NCBI GenBank assembly: GCA_951406725.2
Contig: OX597818.1
Location: 17,918,001 to 17,982,000, forward strand
DNA length: 64,000 nucleotides
Source: Octopus vulgaris
Taxonomy: Eukaryota
Reading direction: 5' to 3'
This document shows positions 26,556 to 39,540 of this stretch, piece by piece (the stretch's first letter is position 1; each line of letters opens with the position of its first letter). A program made the translations under genes and the position numbers. Below the pieces are notes generated by a model, which made no database searches, was not told the DNA's origin, and saw only the letters and a program-made list of their open reading frames with translations.

Positions 26556-27241
26556 TGTAGTAATCATAATGTAGTAATTATAAGATGTAGTTTGAGGTAA
26601 AGCAGAAAATATCTGATGACACGGGAAGGGGTCATCAGTAGAAAATACAGTGGGATGGGATGGTACTGAAAATGAGGATGGGATGTTGAAAGGAAGTGAT
26701 TCCAGGGAGAGGGTAACTGATAGTGCAAAACAGGATGAAATATGTGTATTTCTGCTCTCATGCGATTACAGCAGCTAAATAGTGTTGTAGCTAGAAGAGT
26801 GATGGAGGGATAAGCATTAGGAAGTTAAAAAGCAGAGAAGGCTTGACAGGGACAGATTGAAGGTAGGACTCAGTGAGTGTATAGACATGAATATACTAAC
26901 TCCACTTACACATAAATTTTTCTCTCAACAGATCTGTACTTTGTCATATACATATGCACACTGAAATTCTACATCCAGAGGGATATACTAGCTTCATTCC
27001 TTTCTGGTCCTCACAGGTCATCTGCATTCAGGGTCCGTGTCTCACTACCTTTGCTGTTTAAACGTAAGTATCATTCAATTTGTCTTTTTCTTTGAGAGGA
27101 AGACACCTATTAGTACCAACTAAGGTAATAGCTCTCTGACCTTCCTCGTTTTCCCATCCTATCCTTATTCTAGTAATAATAATTTCATCTTTACACACGT
27201 ACACTCACACACACACACACACACACATGCACATGCACACA

Positions 27242-27334
<93 letters not shown>

Positions 27335-27338
<4 letters not shown>

Positions 27339-27684
27339 TACCAGGTTCAGTCCCAGTGCATGGCAATTTGAGAAAGTGCCTTCTGCTATAGCTTCGGGCC
27401 ATCCCAAGCCTTGTGAGTGGATTTGGTAGATGGAAACTGAAAGAAGCCTGTTGTATATATGTATATACATATATCTATGTGTGTGTGTGTGTGTGACTTT
27501 GCTGATACTTGATAGCTGGTATAGATGTATTTAACTTAGCAGTTCAACAAAAAGAAACCGATAGAATAAGTATCAGGTTTAACAAAAAACTAAGTATTGA
27601 GGTTGATTTATTCAGCTAAAAATTCTTCAAGGCAGTGCCCTAGCATAGCCACAATCTAATGACTGAAACATTAAAAGATAAAAG

Positions 27685-27685
<1 letters not shown>
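27335..27685 (+). mobile_element. SINE family C, 5'-truncated, between (CA)n and (TG)n arrays
   Basis: Homologous to 29162-29530 and 44952-45335. Confidence 0.8.
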
Positions 27686-27756
<71 letters not shown>

Positions 27757-28007
27757 ATGTGTGTGTGCATGCATGTAAGTGTGCATATGTGTATATATGT
27801 AACAATTACAGTGTGATAGACACCTATTAACCATTCATAATTTTGACACCAAAAAAAAAATAATAATAAGTGATTAAGTGAAGTCAACAGGTTTTGTGTG
27901 TTTATCAATGTCTGTGTCTTCCACAGTGTAATCAGTTTAGTTTCATCAGAGTCTCAAATAAAATCACTTACCAGACAAGTACAATGCCAAAATATTTATC
28001 TACCCAT

Positions 28008-28042
<35 letters not shown>

Positions 28043-28048
<6 letters not shown>

Positions 28049-28411
28049 CGTCCACTCGTGACCGAGGAAGACCATTGCCGACCTTCAAGAACATTGTGCG
28101 CTCTAGGACTAACTTATATTTTACATTTGCAGCTCCGTTGGTGGCTAATGAGCCCTGCTTTTGACAAGCATACACGACTGCAAACATTGCAGACCAAGCT
28201 TTCCCCATTCACTATACGAGCCATGCAATTTCGCGCAGCTCACTTAATTTCTTCATGCTGCGATTTAAGGACTGTGTCAAGTCCTCGTTAAAGGCCTTTG
28301 ATATGCAGGACACTGACTGGGAGAACAATGCCTGTCATCACCACAGATGGAGGAAGCAGGTTAAGGAGGGGATCGACACTTTTGAAAGAGCATGTATTCA
28401 GCATGAAGAAA
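28043..28411 (-). mobile_element. RTE (BovB-like) 3' fragment with 5' inversion, in a (TA)n array
   Basis: Minus 28260-28043 reads QHEEIK*AAR...LVCNVCSRVCLSKAGLISHQRSC plus UTR. Plus 28258-28411 reads [16 protein letters not shown]...[21 protein letters not shown]. Confidence 0.8.
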
Positions 28412-28412
28412 A

Positions 28413-28476
<64 letters not shown>

Positions 28477-28556
28477 CATGCACATATATCTATATGTATG
28501 TGAGTGTATGTGTATATATATATATATCTATCTATATGTATGTGAGTGTGTGTGTG

Positions 28557-28611
<55 letters not shown>

Positions 28612-28640
28612 ATATCTGTATGTATGTGAGTGTGTGTGTA

Positions 28641-28726
<86 letters not shown>

Positions 28727-28759
28727 CGTATATATATGTATATACATATGTATATACAT

Positions 28760-31200
28760 AACCAAATACCTCCTAGGAAAATCTTCTTGACATGACTCAT
28801 GGAGAAGACCGAAAGTGTCATTAAATGAATGTACTGGAAAACTTTCTTCTACGAGAACCCTTCCACTACTACATCTGTGGATAGGTTTGGCCTTATATTC
28901 CGAAAATGCCCCCTGCATATGAAAGACCATGAGAACTTGAAAACTGACTTATAGAACATTGTAAAGAAGGTAAGGTTTCAGAATTATTCTAACCCCTTCT
29001 TTAAATCTTTAAATGACTATATGACCAGTATTAAGCAATCCCCCAATCTACACATCCTTACAATCGAAACAAAACACTTATGAAACAAACATTTCCTCAC
29101 ATTCAAGACTCCTCAAAAGCACCATCATCAAACTTATAAAAAAAAACCTGTATTTCCACATAGGCGCAGGAGTGGCTGTGAGGTAAGTAGCTTGTTTACC
29201 AGCCACATGGTTCCGGGTTCAGTCCCACTGCGTGGCACCTTGGGCAAGTGTCTTCTACTATAGCCTCGGGCCGAAAGAAGCCCATCGTATATATGTATAT
29301 ATATGTATGTGCGTGTATGTTTGTGTGTCTGTGTTTGTCCCCCAACATCGCTTGACAACCGATGCTGGTGTGTTTATGTCCCCGTCACTTAGTGGTTCGG
29401 CAAAAGAGACCGATAGAATAAGTACTAGGCTTACAAAGAATAAGTCCCGGGGTCGAGTTGCTTGATTAAAGGCGGTGCACCAGCATGGCCGCAGTCAAAT
29501 GACTGAAACAAGTAAAAAAGAAAAAAAGAGAGATACTATGACATAAAGACAGAAGCAAAGGAGCTAGCTACCTGCCTTAAGATAGAGGATTGTGTAGACC
29601 ACCTCACCACACAACCCACCCATATTACACTTAAGGACCATAAGTCTAATTTTCATTCCAACCCCAAATGTAGGCTGATCAACCCCTCCAAAAGTGAGAC
29701 AGGTGTCATTAGTAAGCATATTCTCAATACTATCAACTCTGACATCAGAAGGGCTACAAGGTTGACTCAATGGAACTCTAGTGCAGCTGTGATAGACTGG
29801 TTCCACAGTATCAAGAATAAATCAGCCTGAAAATTGAACCCAGTTCAATATTGTTAACTTCTACCCTTCCATATCTTAGCCCACCCCCCTCCTCCTCCTA
29901 AAGGTCCTAGCCTTTGCTGGATAATTTACCAGCATTAGTGATCTTGATATCAAAATCATCATGAATGCCAAAATGTCAATTCTGGTCCATGACAATTCTT
30001 TCTGGGTAAAGGAAGAAGGCAATCCATTGTTTGATGTCTTTATGGGGAGCTTTGACGAGACTGAAATCACTGACCAGGTCAGATTATACATTTTGGATAC
30101 TCTCAAGAGATGTACCCATCCATATGGATTGGCCGGGTTATCTTAAGCCACATGTATGGCGATGCCATGGACAGTTTGGCCTGTTCGTAACAGTTACTAC
30201 CAACCTGACTACAGTTGATTTCTTGGACGTAAACTTAGACCAGAATACAGGCAAATACGACCCCTGCAGGAAACCTAATGAAGAAATGGTATATATCCAC
30301 AAGAGCTCAATACCCCACCCAACTGTAATTAGAAACCTGGTTTCAGGCATTAGCAAACAGGTGTCTAAACTCTCAGTCAACATGGAAATCTTTAATAGGT
30401 CCACCCCCACTACAACAATGCTTTGGCTAGGAGCAGATTTTCTGAGAAGTTCACCTATGTGGATGAACTCCAAACCTCCTCTCCTCACCCCAAGAGAATT
30501 AGGAAAAGGAAAATAACCTGGTATAACCCTCCATTTAATCTAGCAGTTTCTACCAATGTAGCCAGAGGCTTTCTGCTGTTAATAAAGAAGCATTTCCTCA
30601 GGCCATAAGTATTACAAACTCTTCAACCCTCATAATTTCAAAGCAAGCTATTCCTGCTTAGACAACACTGCATCTAACATCACACACCTCAAGAGATGTA
30701 AAAACACACCCACACAATCCCCAACCCCAACCTGAAACTTCTGAAACTCTACCATCTGCTCTCTAGGAGGATCCTACCTTTCAAGAGCTGTAGTGTACAG
30801 AGTCACCCTTATGCCATCTGATGGCATGACTAGGCACTATACGGGCATGACAGCCAATGACTTCAAGGGAAGATATTCCCAGCACTTGCATTCATTTAGA
30901 TCCAGGGACAGAGATAACTCTACTTCCCTGTTGTGCTTTCTCTGGAGACTTCATGACCTCCGAGACGAAACACCTAGCATCAAGTGGACAATTATTGACA
31001 GGGCGCCACTATATTCACCCAGCACCCCTAATTGCCAGTTATGCCCCAGTGAAAAACTGCATGTCATCTACCAACTCGCAGTATCCATCAAGAAATGTGA
31101 AGTATCGTATTGCTGCCACCAGAGGTACATCCTACTGGTAAATCTCAAGCCATTTGCCACCGACAACCCAGATATACCTTCTTAGTACCAACCACCTTTA
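28760..31200 (+). mobile_element. Penelope-like element, near full length, decayed, interrupted by SINE C
   Basis: [26 protein letters not shown] (N-terminus); LKDHKSNFHSNPKCRLINPSKSE; FDVFMGSFDETEI; VDFLDVNLD; RKRKITWYNPPF; VVYRV...HYTGMTANDFKGRYSQH...IKWTII...CQLC (GIY-YIG). Confidence 0.85.
29162..29530 (+). mobile_element. tRNA-headed SINE (family C) with internal TA/TG microsatellite
   Basis: ggcgcaggagtggctgtgaggtaag (A box), ggttcagtccc (B-box-like), ...cagcatggccgcagtcaaatgactgaaacaagtaaaa. Confidence 0.9.
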
Positions 31201-31534
31201 GCACTGTCTGCACCAAGGTCACCATCACCAATTAACCCCCATGAACAGCACTGCAAATCAACAATCTCCAACACTTCTCCATGCCTGCCAACCTGCATAC
31301 TCTTATCCCTTGTGCATGACCACATGAGTATATGTGCACATACACATGTATGTGAGTGTGCATATGCATCTGCCCATCATATGCACATGCACCGATGTGT
31401 ATGCAAGGTGTACAACCTTAGGAGAGCATCTACACACCCACATATAGAACTATATACTTGGATATGCCGCCCCTCTAATTTAATATATATATCCACACAC
31501 ACATACATACACACACACATATATATATATATAT

Positions 31535-34358
31535 ATCATCATCAGCATCGTTTAACGTCCGTTCTCCATGCTAGCATGGGTTGGACGGTTCGACCGGGGA
31601 TCTGGGAAGCGAGAAGGCTGCACCAGGCTCCAGTCTTATCTGGCAATGTTTCTACAGCTGGATGCCCTTCCTAATACCAACCACTCCGTGAGTGTAGTGG
31701 GTGCTTTTTACGTGCCACCTGCACAGGTGCCAGGCGAGGCTGGCAACGGCCGCGGTCGGATTGGTGCATTTTACGTGCCACAGGCACGGAAGCCAGTCGA
31801 GGCAGCACTGGCATCGGCCACGATTCGGATAGTGCTTTTTACGTACCACCAGTCCAGGGGTCCTGGCATCTGCCGGGTGCCAGTCATAGGATTGGTTCAA
31901 TTTCGATTCCGATTCCGATTTCGATTTCGATTTCACTTGCCCCAACAGGTCTTCGCAAGCAAAGGGGGTTGGCATGGGTGCCTGTCGTCGGATGAGGTTT
32001 GATGTCAACTTTGCTTGCCTCAACAGGTCTTTGTGTGTCCAAGGGAGGAAAGGCATGCATAAGTGGGCTGGGCTCACTTGTCCTGCCTGGTCTTCTCACG
32101 TACAGCATATTTCCAAAGGTCTCGGTCGCTGGCCATTTCCTCAGTGAGGCCTAAAGTTCGAAGGTTGTGCTTTACCACCTCGTCCCAGGTTTTCCTGGGT
32201 CTACCTCTTCCACGGGTTCCTTCAGCTGCTAGGGATTGGCACTTTTTCACACACCTATCTTCATCCATTCTCACCACATGACCATACCAGTGCAATCGTC
32301 TTTCTTGCACACCACAACTGATGCTTCTTAGGTACAACATTTCTCTCAAGGTACTAACGCTCTGTCGAGTATGTACACTGACATTACACATCCATCGGGC
32401 ATACTGGCTTCATTCCTTGCGAGCTTACGCATGTCCTCAGCAGTCACGGCCCATGTTTCACTGCCATGTAGCATGGCTGTTCGTACACATGCATCATACA
32501 GTCTGCCTTTTACTCTGAGCGAGAGGCCTTTAGTCACCAGCAGAGGTAAGAGCTCCCTAAACTTTGCCCATGCTATTCTTATTCTAGCAGTTACACTTTC
32601 AACGCACCCACCCCCACTACTGACTTAGTCACCTAGATAACGGAAGCTATCAACTACTTCTAGTTTTCCCCCTGGAAAGTGACGGAAGTTGTTTTCTGCA
32701 GATTTTCAGAGGTTAATGCTCCCGAGCATCTGCCACATACAAAAACTATCTTCCCAGTTAGCCTTCTTTTGACATTGCTGCACCTCTTATGTGTCCATAG
32801 CTTACACTGGGTACATCTTATAGAGTTTCTACCTACACCTTTTCTACAGATCGAGCAGGGCCATCTTCCTGAAGACATTTGTGGATTGTCTACCTTCCTA
32901 CTTATTAGTACTTTGGTTTTAGCTAGATTGACTCTAAGGCCCCTCGATTCTAAACCCTCCTTCCACACCTGGAACTTCTCCTCCAGTTCTGATAGTGACT
33001 CAGCAATTAGAACAAGGTCGTCAGCATAGAGGAGCTCCCAGGGGCAACCTGCCTTGAATTCCTCTGTAATTGCCTGGAGGACTATGATAAATAGGAGGGG
33101 GCTGAGTACTGAACCCTGGTGGACCCCAACCTCTACTTTGAATTCTTCTGTGTACATGTTGCCAACCCTAACCTTACTTACGGCATCCCTGTACATGGCT
33201 TGCACAGCCCTCACCAGCCATTCATCTATACCTAGTTTCCTCATTGACCACCAGATAAGGGATCATTTTCTTTATTCAGCAACCTTTCATAGTGGCATCT
33301 CCAAACCTCTCTCTTTGCATCCTCATTTAGCGCAAGTGAACCATCATCCATGCGGACACATTTCTCTCCTACCACATCACGATTCTCTCTCACACACTGT
33401 CTTGCAACACGAAAAACCTCAAGTCTTTCATCCTCACGGCTCAGAACATTGGCAAATTTTTTCTTATCCGCTTCCCCTCTGGCTAAATAAACCTGTCTCC
33501 TAGCTTCCCTTCTGGCTGTCTGATACAATTCCCTGCTACCACCATTCTTCCAGTCCTTCCAAGCCTGTCTCTTTTGTCTAATAGCCCTGTTAACCACAGT
33601 GTTCCACAACCACGTTACTCTGGGTCGAGATGGGACTTTGCTCCATCCACAGATCTGGTCAGTGGTTGTCAGCAGATTGTCCCGTAGAAATCTCCAGTTG
33701 TCTTCCACATTAAGTGAAGCTATATCCCCTTCTATTTTGTCAAAGGCTTTGAGTAGTATGTCTCTAAATCTCTGTCCATTTGCAGGATTTTTAAGCTTCC
33801 AGACTCTTCTCCTCCAAGCTGGTCTTCTTCTGGGCAACCATTTAGCTCTGATCCTGAAGTCGCTAACTACTAATCTATGTTGAGGAGTACATTCTTCGCC
33901 TGGAAAGGTTTTGGCATTTATAAGCAGCCCTCTTTCCCTTTTTCTGGCAAGGATGTAGTCAATCTGGCTAGTGTGTCTGCCAGAACGGTAGGTGACTAGG
34001 TGAGAGGTGGGTTTCCTGAAGTTGGTACTGCAGACCATAAGGTCATTTGCATCGCAGAACTCCAGCAGCCTGGTTCCCTCCTCATTACAAGAGCCAAAAC
34101 CGTAGCCTCCATGAACGCCATGGAAGCCCCCGACATGCCGTCCAACATGTCCATTGAAATCACCTGCCACAAGGAGAAGGTCACTGTCATTTGTCAACGA
34201 GGTAGTCCGCAATAGGGTGTCGTAGAATTGGTCTTTCTGTCCTTCCGGTAGCCCTGGTTGAGGGGCATATGCCGAGATGATGGTAGTTGACCTATGGTGA
34301 AGCACTAATCTAATTTTAAGTACTCTGTCACTTACTCTGACTACCTCGATTACCTTAT
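31535..34358 (-). mobile_element. RTE-clade LINE (APE endonuclease, RT, PHD-like finger), 5'-truncated and internally deleted
   Basis: ISAYAPQ, GDFNGHVG, SQIDYIL and QHRLV (APE); VGVHQGSVLSPLLF and LLYADDLV (RT); C-terminal GRGRPRKTW; 3'UTR ending in (GAT)n. A deletion junction near 33265 joins LLNKEN to SLIWWSMRKLG. Confidence 0.93.
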
Positions 34359-34359
34359 C

Positions 34360-34768
<409 letters not shown>

Positions 34769-35297
34769 TTTACTTTACTAATGCTTACTGTCTACATGTG
34801 ACTCATGTAGCCCCTTCTCAGTCCTGGTCAAACACATGTCTTATTTTCTATACATGATTAAATGTGTTCCAGCCATTACTAATCCATCATAGTCCAATGT
34901 ATCCTTCCTTTACATAAAGAGTCAGATATGGTTTGAGGGATATTTGGCTGCTATTTCTAGCAGGTTAAGGACGCAAGTAGAATTTCTTGAATTTGCATGT
35001 GGCATAATTAGTTCTCAGTTAAATGAAATGAGTCTTTTAAATTTGAATAATCCTAACTCCCACAGCAACACAGCAAAAAAAAAAAAAAAACTGCTGGTTT
35101 AATATAACCAAATACTTTGCTGAACATACATGGGTGCATGTGTGGCTTTGTAGTAAGAATTTGCTCCCAAGCACTTGGTTACAGGTTCAATCCCACTTTG
35201 GCCAAGTGTCTTCTACTACAGCCTCAGACTAATAAATGCTTTGTGAGTGAATTTGGTAGACAGAATCTGAAAGAAATCCATCATATACATACATACA

Positions 35298-35349
<52 letters not shown>

Positions 35350-35660
35350 ATACAATCATGAAGTAGTGAGTTCGATTCCCAGACTGGGCTGTGTGTTGTG
35401 TTCTTGAATAACACAGTTAATTTCACATTAGTCCAGATCACTCAGCTGTAGAAACAAGTGGTGACATTATTGGTACCAAGCTGTATCAGCATTTGCTTTT
35501 CCTTTGGTTAACATCGGTGGCATGGAGAGCAGAGGCTGCTATGCATGGGCGACTGCTGGTCTTCCATAAACAAGCTTGGCTAGACTTCAGCCTTGTAACT
35601 TTCTAGGTGCAATCCCATGGTCATTCATGATTGAAGGGAGTCTTTACCCTTTACCTTTTT
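35350..35660 (+). mobile_element. SINE family D, 5'-truncated
   Basis: Homologous to 39541-39885. Confidence 0.85.
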
Positions 35661-35826
35661 CTATGACATATAATATAGAATATATATATTTATATATGAT
35701 ATTATATATATATGATATAATATATATATATATATGATATAATATATATATATATATGATATGATATATATATATATATGATATGATATATATATATATA
35801 TGATATAATATATATATATATATATG

Positions 35827-35938
<112 letters not shown>

Positions 35939-35970
35939 GATATAGTATATATATATATATATATATATAT

Positions 35971-37636
35971 CTATACAATATGTTACATTACTCGGTAGTC
36001 AAGATAAAACTTTGAGTTTCAGATGCCGAAGTGGAAATCCACAACACCATCTCTTCGGTTATCTGGCTATTTGAAAATGTTATGAAAAATTACCGTTAAA
36101 AATGAAGGGAAATTACTCTGTTATAACTCTGCTTTGCCTGCGTACTTATACATCGCTCGCATTTTTCGTCATAAAAATTATATAAAAATACATAAAAATA
36201 CATAAAAATATATAAAAATATATAAAATCTTCTTGGGACATAACACAGAAAGCATGTTCTATCCGTTTTCTTTAGGGGACCAAAAACGTAACAGAAATTT
36301 AGTCACATGTGGGCATGATCCGAAAAGCTCTGTCCTTGTATTTAGACATGTGGTAGGGTCTAAGCTGCTTTTCCAGATAAGCCATCTCTCCATGTCGCAT
36401 AAACCGCACCTTCCGCTGCCGTTAGTATAGGGCTTACATCTGGCCAAAATCTTCCATTGTATGTTATAATCGACACCTTTATCTCTTAAAGACCAAATAT
36501 GATTGGATAATTGTGTCGCTTTTCTTTTGTTCCAGTGCCTAAAGCTCAAAGTGTGGTTATTGAACCTGGCCTTGAAATTACCCTCTGTCAGGCCCACGTA
36601 TTTCTTCGTCGAAACGGTGTCTTTAGTGGTTATAGAGTTTACGGTAGCTTCATATATGATGGTCTTGGACATGCAAGCTCCATTTAGCGGGCACAATTCT
36701 TTATTCCTGCATGAACAGCTGTTTTCTTCTTGTGTTTTTTGTATGTTATGATTGATTATGTTTTTAAAATTGGTAGTTGAACTAAAACTAATTTTTAAAT
36801 TGTGTCTATTGAAGAGTTTCCTATAAGCATGGTTAACTGGAAAATGTCTATCTATCAGTGCTAGGAAATATTTACCTATATTGAAGGCCATCTCGGGTGA
36901 GTAAGGGGGCGTAAACCAGATGACCTTCCTATTTCTATTATTCCTTTTCCTTATTGTTGGGCTGGTGATAGGTGTATATTTTATTTTTCGCTAAAACCAC
37001 TATCTTTTAAAGCTTTATTATAAACTGGGGCAACGCTATTGAAGATGTCCTCATTAGATGAGAGGCTAGAAATCCTCTTACTAATATTTTTAACTAAATT
37101 TTTGAATACTATAGGGGGATGGCATGAACCTACATTAATATAACTTAGTCTATCATTGGGCTTCCTATAAGGCTTATAAATATTATTATTAAGATCTAAG
37201 GAAACGTCTAAGAAATTGACAACCGTCAGGTTAGTGTCTATAGTTATACTAAGTCCGAAGTGTTTCATTAACTGGATAATATCCTTCCTAAAACGATCTT
37301 GTGCTGGTCCATTTGTATTAGCTGTTAAGGCAAGGGCATCATCTTTGTAGATGGCGAAATGTACGTTAGGGAATGTCTTACCGAAGGTATCTAGGAGAAA
37401 GAGTCCAATTAGATCACAGATGCCTGCCCCATCATATGAACCCATGCTCACATTGAAAGCGCCCTCCGTGTCGGTGTTTTTTACCCACTTTGCATTCTCA
37501 CTGAAAAGTAATGTCTTTCTAGCATGGAAGATTATATCCTTATCATTGGTACTAATTTCTATGAAGTCACTAGCGAAGATTAGGGCTTTATCTAGCAGTT
37601 CTTTAGAGATAGAGGCATAAAAATCAATATGATTTT
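35971..37636 (-). mobile_element. Penelope-like element, 5'-truncated (left arm of palindrome)
   Basis: IDFYASIS...FNVSMGSYDGAGICDLIG...IYKDDAL...VNFLDVSLD (RT); RKVIWFTPPYS; [15 protein letters not shown] then IIYEATV...KYVGLTEGNFKARFNNH...CGLC (GIY-YIG). One frameshift near 36985. Confidence 0.93.
36002..36064 (-). ncRNA. hammerhead ribozyme motif (variant core CCGAAGA) in the PLE 3' region
   Basis: Minus strand: agataa CCGAAGA gatg...catc t GAA act caa agt t ttatct; stems I, II and III all pair. Confidence 0.65.
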
Positions 37637-37637
37637 A

Positions 37638-39347
37638 AAAATCATATTGATTTTTATGCCTCTATCTCTAAAGAACTGCTAGATAAAGCCTAATCTTCGC
37701 TAGTGACTTCATAGAAATTAGTACCAATGATAAGGATATAATCTTCCATGCTAGAAAGACATTACTTTTCAGTGAGAATGCAAAGTGGGTAAAAACACCG
37801 ACACGGAGGCTTTCAATGTGAGCATGGGTTCATATGATGGGGCAGGCATCTGTGATCTAATTGGACTCTTTCTCCTAGATACCTTCGGTAAGACATTCCC
37901 TAACGTACATTTCGCCATCTACAAAGATGATGCCCTTGCCTTAACAGCTAATACAAATGGACCAGCACAAGATCGTTTTAGGAAGGATATTATCCAGTTA
38001 ATGAAACACTTCGGACTTAGTATAACTATAGACACTAACCTGACGGTTGTCAATTTCTTAGACGTTTCCTTAGATCTTAATAATAATATTTATAAGCCTT
38101 ATAAAGCCCAATGATAGACTAAGTTATATTAATGTAGGTTCATGCCATCCCCTATAGTATTCAAAAATTTAGTTAAAAATATTAGTAAGAGGATTTCTAG
38201 CCTCTCATCTAATGAGGACATCTTCAATAGCGTTGCCAGTTTATAATAAAGCTTTAAAAGATAGTGGTTTTAACGAAAAATAAAATATACACCTATCACC
38301 ACCAACAATAAGGAAAAGGAATAATAGAAATAGGAAGGTCATCTGGTTTACGCCCCTTACTCACCAGTGGCCTTCAATATAGGTAAATATTTCTAGCACT
38401 GATAGATAGACATTTTCCAGTTAACCATGCTTATAGGAAACTCTTCAATAGACACAATTTAAAAATTAGTTTTAGTTCAACTACCAATTTTAAAAACATA
38501 ATCAATCATAACATACAAAAACACAAGAAGAAAACAGCTGTTCATGCAGGAATAAAGAATTGTGCCCGCTAAATGGAGCTTGCATGTCCAAGACCATCAT
38601 ATATGAAGCTACCGTAAACTCTATAACCACTAAAGACACCGTTTCGACGAAAAATACGTGGGCCTGACAGAGGGTAATTTCAAGGCCAGGTTCAATAACC
38701 ACACTTTGAGCTTTAGGCACTGGAACAAAGAAAAGCGACACAATTATCCAATCATATTTGGTCTTTAAGAGATAAAGGTGTCGATTATAACATACAATGG
38801 AAGATTTTGGCCAGATGTAAGCCCTATACTAACGGCAGCGGAAGGTGCGGTTTATGCGACATGGAAAGATGGCTTATCTGGAAAAGCAGCTTAGACCCTA
38901 CCACATGTCTAAATACAAGGACAGAGCTTTTCGGATCATGCCCACATGTGACTAAATTTCTGTTACGTTTTTGGCCCCCTAAAGAAAACGGATAGAACAT
39001 GCTTTCTGTGTTATGTCCCAAGAAGATTTTATATATTTTTATATATTTTTATATATTTTTATGTATTTTTATATAATTTTTATGACGAAAAATGCGAGCG
39101 ATGTATAAGTACGCAGGCAAAGCAGAGTTATAACAGAATAATTTCCCTTCATTTTTAACGTTAATTTTTCATAACGTTTTCAAATAGCCAGATAACCGAA
39201 GAGATGGTGTTGTGGATTTCCACTTCGGCATCTGAAACTCAGAGTTTTATCTTGACTACCAGTAATGTAACATATTGTATAGATAAATTTCCTCTATTTA
39301 CATAATATTGAGGTCTCTTTCTTTCTTTTGTTATCTTACCGTTTTAT

Positions 39348-39350
<3 letters not shown>
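37638..39350 (+). mobile_element. Penelope-like element, 5'-truncated (right arm of palindrome)
   Basis: Reverse complement of the left arm with many small deletions. It extends ~65 bp further at the 3' end before (TA)n. Confidence 0.93.
39190..39252 (+). ncRNA. hammerhead ribozyme motif (variant core CCGAAGA) in the PLE 3' region
   Basis: agataa CCGAAGA gatg-gtgttgtggatttccacttcgg-catc t GAA act cag agt t ttatct. Confidence 0.65.
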
Positions 39351-39419
<69 letters not shown>

Positions 39420-39426
39420 GATATAG

Positions 39427-39461
<35 letters not shown>

Positions 39462-39540
39462 GATATAGTATATATATATATATATATATATATATGATAT
39501 AATGTATATATATATATATATATATACACATATTATATAT

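Noticed and set aside
28785-28835. In-frame TGA codons in the PLE as selenocysteine, as described for Naiad PLEs
   Set aside because: The TGAs fall where Arg (CGA) is expected (IK*M for IKRM), consistent with CpG decay. The copy also has frameshifts and a C-terminal rather than N-terminal endonuclease.
35971-39282. Whole palindrome as a simple fold-back chimeric read
   Set aside because: Not favoured, because the mirror symmetry stops at the element ends, the flanks continue as different co-oriented sequence and the arms differ by substitutions. It is not fully excluded without raw reads.
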